Assembly (NCBI RefSeq): GCF_006345805.1
Contig: NC_043010.1
Span: forward strand, 14,446,001 to 14,510,000
Length of the DNA stretch: 64,000 nucleotides
Source: Octopus sinensis
Lineage: Eukaryota
Reading direction: 5' to 3'
In this document: piece after piece, positions 13,078 through 26,706 of the stretch
Position numbering within the stretch: the stretch's first letter is position 1
How the letters are laid out: every line of letters begins with the position of its first letter
Made by a program: the position numbers and the translations under genes
The notes under the pieces: model-generated
Told to the model about the DNA's origin: nothing
Database searches by the model: none
Seen by the model: the letters and a program-made list of their open reading frames with translations, nothing else

Positions 13078-13734
13078 CATTCCTACACCTGCATGTACAG
13101 TTTTAGTGGTTTTGGTCATTGGAGTTTAGCTTTGCCAATGCACAACCTTCAAGAGTTCAGTCGGTCTTATTTACTCTAGTATTTATGTACAAGTGTGTCA
13201 CCCACCTTACTGAGCTTTTTTGCCAAATCACTAAATTATGTGAGTTGAACAATAACAGTTTTCAAGTGGAATAAAAGTACATGCCCACACACACACATGT
13301 GCAAGTGTGCATATATGACAAGCTTCTGCAGTTTCCATTTACCAGAGTTCACTCAGAAGGTATTGGTTGACATAAGGCTACAGAAGACAAATTGCCCTAA
13401 GGTATTACACAGTCAAAGCAAACTTAAAAGCATTTGGCTGCAAAACAGAGCTTAACCACACAACAGTATCTGCGCATAAATATTGAGTTACTGGCATAGC
13501 TGTCTGATTATGAAGTCTGCTTCATGAACGCATGGTTTTTTGAGTTCTGTCTCACTGCCGCACCTTGGGTAAGTGGTTTCTATTCCAACTTGGGGTTTAC
13601 CAATGACATATGAATGAATTTGGTTGTCAGAAAATGTAGAAAGCCCATTGTATCATCATCATTGTTTAACGTCCGCTTTCCATGCTAGCATGGGTTGGAC
13701 GGTATGTATGTATATATATATATATGTATATATA

Positions 13735-14124
13735 GGCGCAGGAGTGGCTGTGTGGTAAGTAGCTTGCTAACCAACCACATGGTTCCGGGTTCAGTCCCAC
13801 TGCGTGGTATCTTGGGCAAGTGCCTTCTACTATAACCTCGGGCCGACCAAAGCCTTGTGAGCGGATTTGGTAGACGGAAACTGAAAAGAAGCCCGTCATA
13901 TATATGTATATGTGTGCGTGTATGTATGTGTGTCTGTGTTTGTCCCACTAGCATTGCTTGACAACCAATGCTGGTGTGTTTACTTAGCGGTTCGGCAAAA
14001 AGAGACCGATAGAATAAGTACTGGGCTTACAAAAGAATAAGTCCCGGGGTCGAGTTGCTCGATTAAAGGTGGTGCCCCAGCATGGCCGCAGTCAAATGAC
14101 TGAAACAAGTAAAAGAGTAAAAGA
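13735..14124 (+). mobile_element. tRNA-derived SINE, family A (internal microsatellite, LINE-like 3' tail)
   Basis: Head ggcgcaggagtggctgtgtggt..gggttcagtccc; tail ggtgccccagcatggccgcagtcaaatgactgaaacaagtaaaagag. Copies at 21526-21929, 33103-33512, 42687-43087, 46269-46655 and 57298-57714 (all -). Confidence 0.9.
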
Positions 14125-15362
14125 ATATGTATGATAACAAAGGGTAAAATTAATTAATTAAGAAGTAATCAATAAATTTCACCAAGTAGGATTCGGTATG
14201 AAAACAGGACCGCTAACACGGTAAATTTTAGTAATACTAATAAAATTCTTTTGCCGAACCCTTTTTATTAGTATATATATATATATATTTATGTATGTAC
14301 ATGCATGTACATACATACATGTAAATAGGTATGAATGTTGATGTCTTGTGGGTTTGCTTGAGTGAAATTGTGGAAGATGTTTATATTTCTCACCAACATT
14401 AAAACCAGTTGCTCTGTGCTTTTGAGAACTTATGGATTAAAAAAAAATAGCAACCACTTTTTACTTGAAATACAGGAGTTGGTAAAAGAGAGGGCATACA
14501 GTTTGTAAAATGTTGCCCAAAATTCATTCCTATTTCTTTACTGCTGACAAGGGGCTAAACACAGAGAGGACAAACAAGGACAGACAAACGGATTAAGTCG
14601 ATTATATCAACCCCAGTGCGTAACTGGTACTTAATTTATCGACCCCGAAAAGATGAAAGGCAAAGTCGACCTCAGCGGAATTTGAACTCAGAAAGTAGCG
14701 GCAGACGAAATACCGCTAAGCATTTCGCCCGGCGTGATAACGTTTCTGCCAGCTCACCGCCTTAAATTCATACCTGTCCTACTCATGTTGACATGGAAAA
14801 CTGAATGTTAAATAACCAAACGCATGCCAAGGTAAACTTTCCATCCCTCAGCAGTTGATAGAATAAAGTACCAAATAAATACTACGCTTGATGGAATCAA
14901 CTAAAGCCCTCCTATTTTAAACTCCTGCCTAAACTAGAAACCCTTCCGGCTCTTTATGTTCTTTGTTCAAATTCTTACAAAGTTCACTCAACTTTTCATC
15001 CTTTTGGGGTTGATAAAATATAGTACCAGTCACATACTGGGGTTGATGCAAACAGCTTCGCTCTTCCCCAAATTGCAGGTCTTGTGCCAGAATTAGAATT
15101 ATTATGCCCATTGGCATTTGTTCCAGGTTTTCAAGTTCTAAGTTCAAATCTCACTAAAGTTGGCTCTGTCTTTTGTCCCAATGGAGAGTTGGTTGATGAA
15201 AGAACATGTTATTTAAATATTGGGGTTGATAGTATTGGCACCCCAGTTCCCTCAGAATTGCTGACCTTGTGCTTCTATCAAACTATGAGTGTGGTGGACT
15301 TGCAGAATTGTTAGAGGCATGGGGTAAAATGTTTTCTTGGTATTTGTTCCAACTCTTTTGCA

Positions 15363-15957
15363 TTCTGAGTTCAAATCCTGGATAATTGTGCATTTTTTTT
15401 TCGGGGTTGATTTTAGATAATTTCTGGCCTTGAGCCTGTATTATGAATTATCATTATCATTATCAATGATAAGCACACTAGGCTTAGCAGCATTTCGCCT
15501 GTCTATATTCTGAGTTCAAATCCTGGATAATTGTGCATTTTTTTTTCGGGGTTGATTTTAGATAATTTCTGGCCTTGAGCCTGTATTATGAATTATCATT
15601 ATCATTATCAATGATAAGCACACTAGGCTTAGCAGCATTTCGCCTGTCTATATTCTGAGTTCAAATCCTGGATAATTGTGCATTTTTTTTTCGGGGTTGA
15701 TTTTAGATAATTTCTGGCCTTGAGCCTGTATTATGAATTATCATTATCATTATCAATGATAAGCCACTAGGCTTAGCAGCATTTCGCCGTCTATATTCTG
15801 AGTTCAAATCCTGGATAATTGTGCATTTTTTTTCGGGGTTGATTTTAGATAATTTCTGGCCTTGAGCCTGTATTATGAATTATCATTATCATTATCAATG
15901 ATAAGCACACTAGGCTTAGCAGCATTTCGCCTGTCTATATTCTGAGTTCAAATCCTG
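15363..15957 (+). repeat. SINE-derived minisatellite, four units of 143-145 bp
   Basis: ttctgagttcaaatcctg starts at 15363, 15508, 15653, 15796 and 15940. Confidence 0.9.
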
Positions 15958-17196
15958 CTGAGGTCGACTTTGCCTTTCATCCTTTCGGGGTTGATAAAAT
16001 TAGTACCAATGAAGCCCTGGGGTCTATGTAAGCAACTATCCTCCTTCACCCAAAATTTCAGATCTTGTGCTTTCAGTAGGAAGTATTATTATTATTATTA
16101 TTATTAAGGTGGGGAACTGGCAGAATCGTTAGATGTTGGACAAAATGCTTTGTGGCATTTCATTTGTTGTTATGTTCTGAGTTCAGATTCCACAAAGGTT
16201 AACTTTACCTTTTATCCTTTTGGGGGCCAATAAAATAAGTACCAGTTGAACAGTGGGGTCGATATAATTGGCTTACCCTCCCACCAAAATTGTTGGCCTT
16301 GTGCCAAAATTTGAACCATTATTATGATTATTATTGTGGTGGATTGGCAGAATCATTCGAGTATTGAAGAAAATGCTTTGCATCATTCTGTTACATTGCT
16401 CTACATCTTGAGTTCAAACCACGCCACGGTCAACTTTGTCTCTCATCCTTCCAGGGTTAAGTACTAGCATTGCTATAATTGACTAACTCTCTATATCTCT
16501 TGAAAACTGCTGGACTAGGGCCTAAATTAAAAACAATTCTTATGAGGATAATGAGTTGGCAGAACCATTAAAGTGTTAGAAAAACAAATATCTTCCTTAT
16601 AGAACTTGCTTCAAGTCTTAGTCTTCTGAGATCCAATCCTGCCAGGGTCAGTTTTGCTTTTCGTCCTTTTTAGGTCAATAAAATAAGGGTTGATGGTATT
16701 GACTAAACCACACCCTTCAAAATTGCTTGCCTTATGCCTAAGAAAAAAAAAAAAACTCATTGTAAGATGGTAGATTGGCAGAATCGTTAGTGTCTGCAAA
16801 ATGTCTTGCAGTAGTATGATTCATCTCTTTAGGTTCGTAGTTCAAATCCTGTTGAAGTCAACTTTGCTCCTCATCCTTTCAGGGTCAATGAAATAAAGTA
16901 CCAGTCATGTCCTGGGATCTATAGAACTGACTAGTATGCTCCTCTCAAAATTGCTGGCCTTGTGCCAAAATTAGAAAGAATTGTTGTTCTTTTATAGTTT
17001 CCTCTGAAATTGCATTTTTTAATCATTTTTTTTGTTTGTTTTTCATACATCTGTGGTCAGTTGGAATAAAATAGCAACTTTATAGTTGGGTTGATGCTGG
17101 GGTCCATTCCTGCCCCCACTAAATTCACAATGAACAGTGGATGCAGTACAGTTTTTTTTTTTGTTTTTCCCATTCCAAGTTAAAACCTTGAAGGAG

Positions 17197-17578
17197 TACT
17201 TACTTACTTGTACTTGTGGCAACATTCACCCTGGGTGGGCTGAGTCGGCTTCTTCCGCCACCCTCAAGGCATTGTATTCACCACTGAGAATTCATGGAAG
17301 AAGTTTCATGGGAATATGTGGATTTGACAAGTGGTCCCCAACAATCCTGCATGTAGAGACACCCTGTTTGCCGCAGGTTGTCCGCAGGGGTAGGGGCAGA
17401 ACGACCAAGGAGCCACCGGTTGCCGAAACAGACACTCCAAGGATTTTCACCCCGTCTGCCGGGTTGTGGCCCTAATACCACTCGGTGTCAGACCAATCCG
17501 CCTTGAGTGGCCCTACCAGGAACTGAAGTTCCCGACGGCATAGCTCTGACACTACCCGTTGCCAGTGTCCCCACCACG
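17197..17578 (-). mobile_element. About 380-bp non-autonomous retroelement with (AGTA)n tail
   Basis: Second, diverged copy at 25163-25540 (+); no coding motifs; RTE origin is only a guess. Confidence 0.6.
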
Positions 17579-18931
17579 GTGAGGAGGGGATGGACTTTGG
17601 GGACGCAAAGGAGTATCTTCAAAGAATTGTATTCCCTATAATCCTGCCTCTAAAATTTGTGGTTGTGTACATGGTAAAAGGGGTGAGGTAGAATCGATAG
17701 AATGCCAAACAAACTGCTTTCTAATTTTCACTTTAGCACCCCATTTTTCTTTTTTTGAGTTCCAATTCTTCCCACCCAGGTTGTGGTATAGAAATGGTTC
17801 TTAGCACCTGAATCAAAAAATGATTTTAAGCATGCCCCTTGCACCTTGTTAAGCCAGACGAAATTCTGTGTCCCCTCACTCATTAATTAACAAGTCTGTT
17901 AAGATAGGCAAAATTTTGTATTCCCTCACAACTACCCCCTTTCACACTTGTACCATGAGGGTGACTGCCCCCTCTTGTTCCCTCTGGCCATGCTTCTGTG
18001 CTCTGCTCCATTTAATTTGCAATCCCTGGGGTGAGAATTGGAGTTTTTCTTTCAAGAATACCTCCTCTGCTCCCTTTTCTGTTGCCAGTCCCAGACAGCT
18101 GGTAAGGAGCCTTGGGCATGGCACTGTTATCACTCCTGATTAAAAGACTAAAAAACAAAAAATCCGTAGTGACCCTCCAAAATCTTGTTTAGAAATAACC
18201 CAGTTACTAGGTGGTGGTGGTGGTGGTGGTGTACAATCTAGTCTGGTCAGAGTGTGTTTGCCCATCAAAAAAAGTCCATCTGGTAAATTGCTTTCCTCCT
18301 TTTTTATCCACTGTGCAACTTTTCAGTCTGTGTGTAGGTGTGGCTGTGTAGGGAAGAAGCCCCACTGTGTGGCACTTTGGGCTAGTGTCTTCCACTATAA
18401 CCATGGGCTGACTAAAGCCTTGTGAGTGGATTTGCTGAATGGAAATTTAAAGGACCTTATATATATGTTTCTTTATATATATGTTTCTTTATATATATAT
18501 ATATATATATATATATGAAGAAAGGGAGGTGATATAAGATGAAAATATTTTATTTCACCAATTGACATCCATAGAACTCTTTTGTTTTGGTTTCCAATGT
18601 GATTTATAGCCTGATCCATTAAAGGACCTATTTTTTATGAGTACTACCGGATTAGTTAAATCCATATATTGTATATATATGTATATATATCTATATATAT
18701 ATATATATATATAAATTTATATACACACACACATATATATATGTAATATATTATATATATAAATATTATATACACACACATATATATATGTATATATAAT
18801 ATATTATAATATATATACACACACATATATATATGTATACATATATATATTTATATAAATATTAATACACACACGTATATATATGTATACATATATAATA
18901 TATATATATATACACACACGTATATATATGT

Positions 18932-18974
<43 letters not shown>

Positions 18975-19065
18975 TATATATATGTATACATATGTATACA
19001 TATATATATATATAATATATATATATATATACATATATATACATACATATATATATATACATATA

Positions 19066-19126
<61 letters not shown>

Positions 19127-19133
19127 GTATATA

Positions 19134-19172
<39 letters not shown>

Positions 19173-19471
19173 GACACATGCACACTATATGTATATATAT
19201 ATATACAAGCACACACACACACATATATAATGTGTGTGTGTGTGTGTTTCTGTCTTGACGTTATGTGGTTGTTGTAAATGAATGTCCTTCAATTCCAATG
19301 TTCTGCCAAAATATGTCAGGCCTTGGGGAAATACCACCTTGCCTGGACACGAGAAAGGGTTGGCAACAAGAAGGGCATCCGAACTGTTGAAAATCTGCCT
19401 GCGAATTCTCAATCTGGCCCATGCGAGTGTGGAAAAGTGGATCTTAAGATGATGATATGTATATATATATA

Positions 19472-19508
<37 letters not shown>

Positions 19509-20034
19509 GGCTGCTTCTTTATTTTCTTTCCCTATTCTGTTGGTCAGCTCTGCTAAGATTCTAGATTTTTCTCTCTCTACATGCTTACAGCCTCCTTCAT
19601 CTTTTTTCTATCTAATCCTTGTAATGTATATAAAACAGGCTGTCTTATGTCTTCTGTAAGCAAAGAATCTTTGCCGTTAGGGTAGTGAGAATTAATTAGT
19701 TGTGTTTCAAGTTTAGGAATTCTGTGATCCACATGTGCACAAACAACACATCTACGTTTCTCGCATCCAACCAACCAAACAAACACGAAACTCTGAATAT
19801 ATCTTCAAAAACTGTCACAGAACAAAAAAAAAAAGAAACCAAAAAAGAAAAAAACAGTAAACAAACCAAATCGAAACAAAATAAAATGCATCAGAAAAAC
19901 TGAAAAAAAAAATTTTTTTTAAATGAAAAGAAACAAAGAAAACAGCAATCTTATTTCAAGACCCAGGAAAGCCCAATCTCTTCAAACTTAGTGAAATACC
20001 CATCACCTAGTTTAGGGTTTGTTCGTCCAACTTC

Positions 20035-20065
<31 letters not shown>

Positions 20066-20479
20066 ACCACTTCCTCTGTCTCTCTCCCCCTTTACGTTTC
20101 TTGTTCCCTGGTCCCTGTTTTGACAAATAAGGATGTCAGTATAGTTTCCACACTTTCCCCCCCCCACTCTTTTTTTCTTTTTAAACCTCCATTTTCAAAC
20201 CTTATTTTCTTTTCTCTCTTCGCATCCTCATCTTCTCGTTTCCGAGAGATCAGATGTTGCTTAGAGACAAGAGGAAGAAATATTACAAATGTAATAATTT
20301 CTGCAAACTGGGACAAAAATAAGTAACTTTTTTTAAAAAATTCTGTTTCTTCTTTCCAGTTTTTTTTTTTTTTTTCCATTTCTTTTTAAAAATAAATGTT
20401 ATTTATATATTTTTTAAAGTATTTATTTTTTTGTTTATTGATTTGTTACTTGTTGGTGCTTGGAGCCTATGTCTGTATA

Positions 20480-20864
20480 TCTCTCTCTATATAAACGGCA
20501 GTTTGTCTGTCTGTGTTTCTGTGTGTCTGTTTGCTTGTACCCTCACCCTGACCACGGCTTTCAACCGATTCTGATGAAACTTGACACACACATAGCCCAA
20601 TGTCATAATTCAAAACTAACGCAGCGAAAATTTTGAAAAGTCCCCCCAGTTCTGAAAAAGATCGATAAATTCAACATGGGGTCGACAATCAGAAATACAA
20701 ACCACAGATGGTCATGGGGACGCAACTCGATCTTTTTAACTATCAAAAAAAATTTACCATCTTTTTTTTCCCATTTTTTTGCTATTTTTTGGCTATAACT
20801 CTCAAAAAAATCCTTTATAGTTATTTCCCTTACAAATCCGAGCAACGCTGGGCGATACTGCTAG
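20480..20864 (+). mobile_element. Non-autonomous Helitron
   Basis: A|TC 5' start, (TCTG)-like tract, subterminal hairpin ccgagcaacgctggg, CTAG|T 3' end, no TSD. Confidence 0.8.
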
Positions 20865-22844
20865 TATTATTATATAAATAACTTTATGATGTCCAGGTCT
20901 GTTTACTACTTGTCTTTTTTTTTTGTTGCTTTTATTTTTAACCCTTTAGCATTTTAAACCGGCCAAAATATTCTCCCTTGTTTTATGTTCAAATTGGCCA
21001 GATCTGGTCTCTCACACCAGCCCTACTATATCATCTTAAAAATTAACAGCTACCTCATCAAAATCTCAAAGCTGCAGGATTAATTTAAAACAATGTGAAT
21101 AAATAATTATTACTTTTGACAGAAAAATGTGAATACCTATTTCTTTACTACCCACAAGGGGCTAAACATAGAGGGGACAAACAAGGACAGACATAGGTAT
21201 TAAGTCAATTACATCGACCCCAGTGTGTAACTGGTACTTAATTTACCGACCCTGAAAGGATGAAAAGCAAAGTCGACCTCGGTGGAATTTAAACTCAGAA
21301 CGTAACGACAGACGAAATACGGCTACGCATTTCGCCCAGCATGCTAACGATTCTGCCAGCTCGCTGCCTTAATACAAATGTGATTACCAAAGGGTTATAC
21401 CCTCCTCTTTGTTAATATCCTCAGATGATTCTAGTAGAAAAGATAAACAAACTTTTGCTGATAATCGGAGTTTACCAAGTATTTTTGCCTCATCTCAGTT
21501 GAGGAAAATTCAATCAAACTCGTAGTCTTTTACTTGTTTCAGTCATTTGACTGTGGCCATGCTGGAGCACCACCTTTAGTCGAGCAAATTGACCCCGGGA
21601 CTTATTCTTTTGTAAGCCCAGTTCTTATTCTATCGGGCTCCATTTACCGAACCGCTAAGTTACGGGGACGTAAACACATCAGCATCGGTTGTCAAGCGAT
21701 GTTGGGAGGACAAACACAGACAGGCAAACATATACACACACGTACATATATATGTATACATATATACGATGGGCTTCTTTCAGTTTCTGTCTACCAAATC
21801 CACTCACAAGGCTTCGGTTGGCCCGAGGCTATAGCAGAAGACACTTGCTCAAGGTGCCACACAGTGGGACTGAACCTGGAACCATGTGGCTCGTAAGCAA
21901 GCAACTTACCACACAGCCACTCCTACGCCTATTTGAATATCACAAAGGGTTCAATAACCTTAATCCTCCATTTTACAACTTGTGGTTTGTGTTCCTGTTG
22001 GGGATCCCTTTTTCCCACATATCATTCTTTTGGGTTTTATTTTTTTGTTTTTATCCCAATTTCTAGTTTGCTTATGAACTACGTTCCCCTTCTCTCTCTC
22101 TCTCTCTCTCTCTCTCCCAACTACTCACTTCCACTCACCTGTTCTCTCTCTTCCTTTTTCTCCCTCTCACCACCTCCACCTACTCTCTTTTTCTTCACTT
22201 GCTCTCTGTCTCTCTCTCTCTTAACTGCTCTCTCTCCTTTTTCCCTCCTACTCTCTCTCCCCCACCCAACAGCATTCTCTCTCTCTATCTCTCCTACTTG
22301 TGCTCTCACTTCCACTCACCTGCTCTCCCTTTCTTCCCTCCACCTGCTTTCTCTTCTCTCTCTCTCTCTCTCTCTCTGTCTACCATAAATTTCAGTCGAA
22401 TATTTCGGGAGTTATAACCACAGTGGAAGTTGGAGGTGGACCCCTGACGACTTGAACTGAGTGTTTGATATCTGGATGGGAAACCCTTCTCTCTGTGTTC
22501 CACCTTTCGGGGTTGATAAAATAAAGGACCAGTTGAGCAATGGAGTCAGTATAGTTGACTTCACTCTGCCCTCAAAATTCCTGGCCTTGTGCCAATCTTT
22601 GAGATCATCATCATTATCATCATCCAATCTCTCATCCTCTCTTTTGACCCACTGTCCATGTTCTCTCTTAAGCTCACATTCTTGTACCTTGAAAGTTTAG
22701 CTTCCCAGCCATGTGGTCCTGTGTTCAGTTCTGCAGCACACCACAATGGGCAAGTATTTTCTATAGCCCTTGGTCGACTAAAGCCTTGCGAGTGGATTTA
22801 GTAGAAAGAAACTGAAAGAAGCTCTTATACATCATCTTCAACAT

Positions 22845-23503
22845 TTAACCCTTTCATTACCAGCCCGGCTGAAACCGGCTCTAGCTCCATCATACAAATG
22901 TCTTGTTTTCATAAGTTTTGAACTAAAATTTTCCACCAAACCTTAGTCACAATTTGTGCTCCTAATACTAGCTTAATGATGACTAAGTTATTTTACTAAA
23001 TTCTTTGTTATATTTAAAGTAATTGAAAGAAACACAGAGCATCTCAAAATAAATACAGTAATGAAAGGGTTAACAAAAGATCTGCATCATGGAGAGAGCC
23101 AAAATTTTTAAGGACTAGAAGAAACCTGGTGCATTAAACAGCCATAATGAAGTGTTTCTAAAGAAACACAGAGCATCTCAAAATAATACAGTAATGAAAG
23201 GGTTAAAAAAGATCTGCATCATGGAGAGAGCCAAAATTTTTAAGGACTAGAAGAAACCTGGTGCATTAAACAGCCATAATGAAGTGTTTTCTAATGAAGT
23301 GTTTCTAAAGAAACACAGAGCATCTCAAAATAAATACAGTAATGAAAGGGTTAACAAAAGATCTGCATCATGGAGAGAGCCAAAATTTTTAAGGACTAGA
23401 AGAAACCTGGTGCATTAAACAGCCATAATGAAGTGTTTTCTAATGAAGTGTTTCTAAAGAAACACAGAGCATCTCAAAATAAATATAGTAACAAAAGGGT
23501 TAA
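22845..23503. repeat. piggyBac-like MITE (22845-23073) whose right end plus flank is tandemly repeated
   Basis: TIR ttaaccctttcattac/gtaatgaaagggttaa; unit aaagaaacacagagc starts at 23026, 23160, 23307 and 23456. Confidence 0.8.
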
Positions 23504-23936
23504 TGTATGCTTTCCATGCTGGCATGGATTGGAAGAGGACAAGAACTGGCAAAGCCAGGGGCCTCACCAGGTTCCACGGTCTGTTTTGGTTTGTTTCCTA
23601 CAGCTGGTTGTCTTTCCCAATGTCAACTACTCCACAGAGTGTACTGGGTGCTTTTTACATGGCATCTTCACCAGTGCTTTATTAAAGGGGCAAACTGACA
23701 GAATTGTTAGCATGCCAGGTAAGATGTTTAACTGCATTTCGTCCATTTTCATGTTTTGAGTTCAAATGCCACCGAGTCCCTTTGGGGTCAATAAATTAAG
23801 TACCAGTCAAGTACTGGGATTGATGTGATCAACGATCCCCCCCCATCAGAAATTCCAGGCCTTGTGCCGATTGTAGAAAGGATTATTATTATTTATTTCT
23901 TTACTACCCACAAGGGGCTAAACACAAAGGGGACAA

Positions 23937-24634
23937 TCATCATCATCATCATCATTGTTCGACCGTGGTCGAGACAATGGAATTTACCATGCTACGCCAG
24001 ACTTCACGGTCCATCATGGCATTACGGAGGTCCTGTTGCTGGATGCCTGTATCCCTGGAGATTACATCAGGGTAGGAGAGTGTGCGCCCTCTGGTATCGC
24101 GAGTAGATGGCTTCCAGAGGAGAAGAGTAGAAATTGCCTCGTTTTCAGCTCTACAACAATGTCCAGCAAACTGGACTCTCCTACCTTTCACAAGAGGTGA
24201 CACAGGTGGTAGTTTCCCATATATTTGCATTTTGCTTGGATGGCGCCTCCACGAGAGATTTTGAGCTCTCATAAGGAGGCGAGTGTAGGTTCCATCCAAC
24301 CGCCTCTCAAGCTTCTTTGATAACGTCCAGGTTTCTGAGCCATATAGTAGAATTGGTTCGACTGTGGCTTTGAAGATTTCAAGTTTGAAGTCTCTACTTA
24401 GATTTGATGACCAGATCTTATGCATGTCATTACATGCTGACCAGGCCATACCCTTTCTAGTTAGAAAGTCTTTTCCAGATGATGATATGTATGACCCAAG
24501 ATATTTGTAATCAGAAACCATATTTAAGGGCGCATTGTTGAGAGTATGGATGATGCAATCACTGTTGGACAGGCACTTGTTTATGTATTCAGTCTTGGCC
24601 TCATTGAGGTAAAGACCTACACAATTTGAGGCTT
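23937..24634 (-). mobile_element. 5'-truncated RTE-clade LINE nested in a family B SINE
   Basis: Open frame YKYLGSYI..ATVEPILLYGSETW..FAGHC..DREVWR, (TGA)n tail; 8-bp TSD ggggacaa at 23929-23936 and 24635-24642. Confidence 0.9.
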
Positions 24635-26433
24635 GGGGACAAACAAGGACAGATAAATGGATTAAGTTGATTATATCGACCCCAGTGCGTAACTGGTACT
24701 TAATTTATCGACCCCCGAAAGGATGAAAGGCAAAGTCGACCTCGGCGGAATTTGAACCCAGAATGTAACGGCAGACGAAATACAGCTACGCAGTTGAATG
24801 TTAGCGCATCAGATGAAATGCTTAGCACCATTTCTTCTGGTTCTTTACATTTTGAGTTTGTGTTCCTGCTGAGGTCAACTTAACCTTTCATTCTTTCAGG
24901 GTCGATAAAATAAAGTACCTATCAAGTACTGGGATCAGTGCAAATGACTACCCTTCCATCCCGAAATTTACTGATCTTGTACCAAAATTCGAAACTATTA
25001 TTATTAGTATTATTATTATCATTAGGACAGCAAGCTGGCAGAATCGTTAGCTCGCTGGACGAAATGCTTAGCGGTATTTTGCCCATCACTATGTTCTGAG
25101 TTCAAATTCCACTGAGGTCAACTTTGCCATTCATCCTTTGGGGTCGATTAAATAAATACCAGTGGTGGGGACGCTGGCAACTGGTAGTGTCAGAGCTATG
25201 CCGCCAGGAACTTCGGTTCCTGGTAGGGCCACCCAAGGCAATTTGGTCTGACACCAAGTGGTATTAGGGCCACAACCCGGCAGACTGGGCTCTGGTGAAA
25301 ATCCTCAGAGTGTCTGTTTCGGCAACAGGTGTCTCCTCGGTCGTTCTGTCCCTGCGTTTGCGGACAATCTGCGGCAAGCAGGATGTCTCTACATGCGGGA
25401 TTGCTGGGGGCCGCTTGTGAAATCCACATATTCCCACAAAACTTCTTCCAACTTTTTCTAGATTCCTCGAGGGTGGTAGAAGAAGCCGACTCAACCCGCC
25501 CAGGGTGAATGTCGCCACAATTACAAGTAAGTAATGTAATCGACTCTCCCCCTCCCCAAAATTGCCCTTGTGGAAAAATTTGAAACCATTATTATTATTA
25601 TTATTAGTGTGGTGAGATGGCAGAATCGTTAGCTCGCTGGATGAAATGCTTAGTGGTATTTCGGCTGCCGTTACGCCGAGGTCGACTTTGCCTTTCATCC
25701 TTTCGGGGTCGATAAATTAAATACCAGTTACACACTGGGGTCAATGTAATCGACTTAATCCGTTTGTCTGTCCTTGTTTGTCCTCTCTGTGTTTAACCCC
25801 TTGTGGGTAGTAAAGAAATAGGTATTTTGCCCATCACTGTGTTCTGAGTTCAAATTCCACCAAGGTCAACTTTGCCATTCATCCTTTGGGGTCAATTAAA
25901 TAAGTACCAGCTATGCACTGGGGTCAATGTAATCGACTCTCCCTCTCCCCAAAATTGCCCTTGTGGAAAACTTTGAAACCATTATTATTATTATTAGTGT
26001 GGTGAGATGGCAGAATCGTTAGCACACCTGGCAAAATGCTTGGCAGTATTTTGTCTGTCTCCATGCTCGGAGTTCAAATTCTGCTGAGCTTGATTTTGTC
26101 TTTTATCTTTTTGGGGTTGATAAAATAAGTACCAGCTGAACATTGGGGTTGATTTAATCAACTTAGGCCCTCCCACAAAGCTGCTGGCCTTGTGCCAAAA
26201 TTTGAAACTATTATTATTATTATTATTATTATCACTTTGCAAGAATTGTCAGGATGTATGACAAAATGTGGAATTTTTTCTAGCTCTTAATATTTTGATT
26301 TAAAATCCCCCAAAAATTTATTTTACCTTTCATCCCACTTAGATTGATACAGTAAAATATCAACCACATACTGGATTGCCAGAATAATCCTCTAAAAAAA
26401 AATTACTGGCTTTGTACCTCAATTAGAAAGAAT

Positions 26434-26706
26434 GGATCTTTTCGGTTTGAACGGCAGTTTTTTCTAGCAGTGTCATATGAAATTGTCACCCATAATTATG
26501 ACCCTAGTATCGATCTATTGCATTTCAATCTGTTTTAGGGTTAGGGTTGGGGGGAAGGGTATCTTTTTTTCTTCACAAATGTAAATAAACCCAGTCTGTT
26601 TCTTAAACGAGGGACATATTCATACGGCACAGAATGTTTTTTTACCTCAATAGACGTCACTGATTGGTTGAAATTGCAGAAATTGAAGAAAAAACAACAA
26701 CAAATC
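26434..26706. mobile_element. Unclassified MITE (partial copy, interrupted by the LINE)
   Basis: TIR GGATCTTTTCGGTTTGAACGGCAGTTTTT; reverse complement of the right part of the 29959-30377 copy. Confidence 0.8.

Noticed and set aside
20560-20585. CTGATGA followed by AAC
   Set aside because: Internal Helitron motif; no stem II or cleavage site.
11376-23503. Regular tandem arrays as possible CRISPR-like arrays
   Set aside because: No unique spacers; units derive from SINEs or MITEs; eukaryotic context.
26664-26705. Listed start of the 765-aa ORF
   Set aside because: These codons lie in MITE sequence fused to the truncated LINE; not a real N-terminus.
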